From NCBI RefSeq assembly GCF_037042905.1, contig NC_087247.1:63059097-63123096 (forward strand): DNA of 64,000 nt, given 5' to 3'. The stretch is from Lytechinus pictus. Taxonomy: Eukaryota. Position numbers and translations under genes: made by a program. Under the pieces are notes generated by a model. That model saw nothing but the letters and a program-made list of their open reading frames with translations. It searched no databases and was not told the origin of the DNA. This document shows positions 62,150 through 64,000 of this stretch, piece after piece (positions within the stretch are counted from its first letter, which is position 1; each line of letters begins with the position of its first letter).

Positions 62150-62700
62150 CTGGGCTGAAAAAAAATAAAGTAATATTCACAGAGTAAAATGCTGAAAATG
62201 TCATCAAAATCGGATAACAAATAAAGTTATTGAAATTTAAAGTTTATAAATATTTTGTGAAAACAGTTATATGCACATCGTAATGAATATTCATTAGGCA
62301 GGCTGATGATGTCACACCCCACTTTCTTTTTTCTTATATTATTACATGACATTATAAATGTTTAATTTTTTCATACATGTGTAAATGATGTGTCTCCATT
62401 ATGATGAAATAAGTTGCGGCAATAAATAACTAATGCACTTAATCAGTTATCAATCCAATTGTTTTTGTTCTTGGTAGATAAATTTTGAATAAACCTAATT
62501 TCATATAATAAAATACAAAAGAACAAGTGGGGATATGACATCATCAGCCCACCTAATGAATATTCATAAAGGCATGCCTAGAACTGTTTCACCGGATTAA
62601 TGCAAATCTTTAAAATTCAATAACTTTATTTGTTATCCGAATTTGATCAAATTTTCAGCATTTGCTTTGTGAATTTTACTCTATTTATTGAGATATAAAT
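62150..62700. mobile_element. Second foldback MITE of the same family (arms at 62150-62330 and 62520-62700)
   Basis: gctgaaaatgtcatcaaaatcggataacaaataaagttattgaaatttaaag and its reverse complement ctttaaaattcaataactttatttgttatccgaatttgatcaaattttcagc. ggctgatgatgtcacacc is matched by ggggatatgacatcatcagcc. Confidence 0.55.
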
Positions 62701-64000
62701 ATTTCCAACCTGGACCATCCCTTTAAAGTGAAAGTGAAGGAGAATGTTTTGAGCAAGTCCTGTCAATCAAGTGTGGGGTTGGGGTTGGCCTAAGAAGAGA
62801 TCGAGGGGCTGACATTGAATTATAGAAAATCAAATTACATTCATTGAGCTAAAATCCACTATTCTGTATTTTTGTCAATGTGAAATATGTGAGAAATTAT
62901 CCATGGGGAAACGCACAAATCTGAGGAGTATGACCTCAAGTTTGGCAAGATCTGTGTGGAAGATGTGATAAACTCTTGGAAGGGATGGCGGATCGATCGA
63001 ACGGTGGAAAAGTTGTCGGTAAAGGAATAGTCATTTTCCTGAAAACATTTCAATGCAAGCAATAACAAAAAATGCAAATCAAAACAAACGTGAAAATTAA
63101 ACAGAAACACACAGTTACCCCACAGGCTGTTGTTTCGACCAGCGCCAAAAGCATGCAATTGAACCATGACATGTAGGCATATTATATACTACTACTAGTA
63201 ACTCCATTACCCCATGGACCTATATGTTCACGATTACCCCAAACCCGACTGAACTGTATCATAGCGCCATACAAAGTAATATCTGGAAAAGTTGATAAAA
63301 ACACCACATGAAATCCAAGTAAGGTATGTCAAGGTTGTTTTCTGCGTGCATTGTTAAATCGATATGATTAAGCCAATATGCTGGTAGGCCTATAAAGATA
63401 TTGCAATTCTGCGTGACGTGTTTTGTGCTTCAATGACTTTCGATATCTCTATAGCCATCAGGACGGGATATTCCTACTTCCGGCCAAATTAATTGCCCAC
63501 ATTGTCAAACAACAGTTTGAGTCCCTTTTTTATGCATTCGAATAAAATCAAGAAATTATTTGACAGGTGGCAAAAATTCTATGCATTTATATCACTTTCG
63601 TGTGGTGAGGGAATGGTGAAAATAATTTAAAACAAAAACATATTAACATGTACACACCCACACACCATGGACAGTCCGCGGTTCAAGGGTGTCCTCGATT
63701 TTAATGTGGTGTTTCAGATTAGGGTCCACGATTGTAGGTATTAAGCTCACGCTAATACAATTTACATACGAATTGCATCAGTGCAAACGCATTTATGATG
63801 TTGATCAGAATCAATATAGCACGTAGAAGTCGAAGGAAAATACTCTCGTGCAAAAACAACACCCCCAACCCCCCCCCCAAAAAAAAAAAAAAAATCACAC
63901 AGAACAAATATTTTAACATTAAATTCAAGTTAGTCTACAACGTGACTGGAACTCTTTGCATGAAAATAATGAGCTCCAAATATATGGGCAGAAATATAAG

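Noticed and set aside
62859-63167. 102-aa minus-strand ORF (MVQLHAFGAGRNNSLWGNCVFLFNFHV...)
   Set aside because: No recognisable domain. It partly overlaps a foldback MITE flank. It could be the terminal exon of a convergent gene, but there is no evidence.
1-64000. Prokaryotic-style novel system (defence island, operon, CRISPR-Cas, toxin-antitoxin)
   Set aside because: No dense co-directional ORFs, no RBS or operon organisation, no cas-like proteins. The window is eukaryotic with spliced genes and TEs. The novelty here is in repeat architecture rather than a gene system.

Overview
This window reads as a repeat-dense metazoan (eukaryotic) chromosomal segment, not a prokaryotic locus. GC content is roughly 35-40%. 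There is no operon-like dense coding, exons are small and bounded by AG/GT splice signals, and tandem satellites, MITEs and retroelement fragments dominate. I find no CRISPR array, defence island or bacterial gene cluster; the undescribed content I can support is transposon and satellite architecture. The one protein-coding gene I can support with confidence is a COMMD4 orthologue on the + strand, about 46.4-58.1 kb, with 8 small exons; the spliced translation is 199 aa, the same length as the human COMMD4 I recall. Exon peptides such as [46 protein letters not shown] and VDWRVDYILGSS match the human protein closely. Intron 4 of this gene carries a 4.5-kb transposable element (TE) that itself hosts a nested 3.8-kb long-TIR element. 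The rest of the window is repeats: (i) a family of TIR-bounded elements, 4 copies, whose interior is a variable number of ~180-bp tandem units rich in AGGTCA/TGACCT nuclear-receptor-type half-sites (DR1); (ii) an ~11.8-kb foldback-like structure made of a ~205-bp satellite (about 22 units at 24.6-29.1 kb and about 5 inverted units at 35.4-36.4 kb) with identical inverted outer flanks; (iii) a 3.1-kb near-perfect tandem duplication joined by a (TA)n microsatellite, each copy holding a ~390-bp almost perfect palindrome; (iv) a widespread family of short elements built around Gn-loop-Cn hairpins (runs of 6-16 G and C) with CAGTGGCGTAMC-type termini; (v) several foldback or Tc1/mariner-type MITEs, polypurine tracts, a 110-bp minisatellite, a 138-bp tandem array, a LINE ORF2 endonuclease pseudogene, a tRNA-derived SINE-like sequence, a RecQ-like helicase exon fragment, and a CpG-rich promoter-like block with ETS/CCAAT/GC-box motifs. 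Most ORFs in the supplied six-frame track are translation artefacts of these repeats. Taxon cannot be fixed from sequence alone; the COMMD4 similarity and a retroposon-tail peptide suggest an invertebrate deuterostome-like genome (echinoderm, hemichordate or cephalochordate), low confidence.
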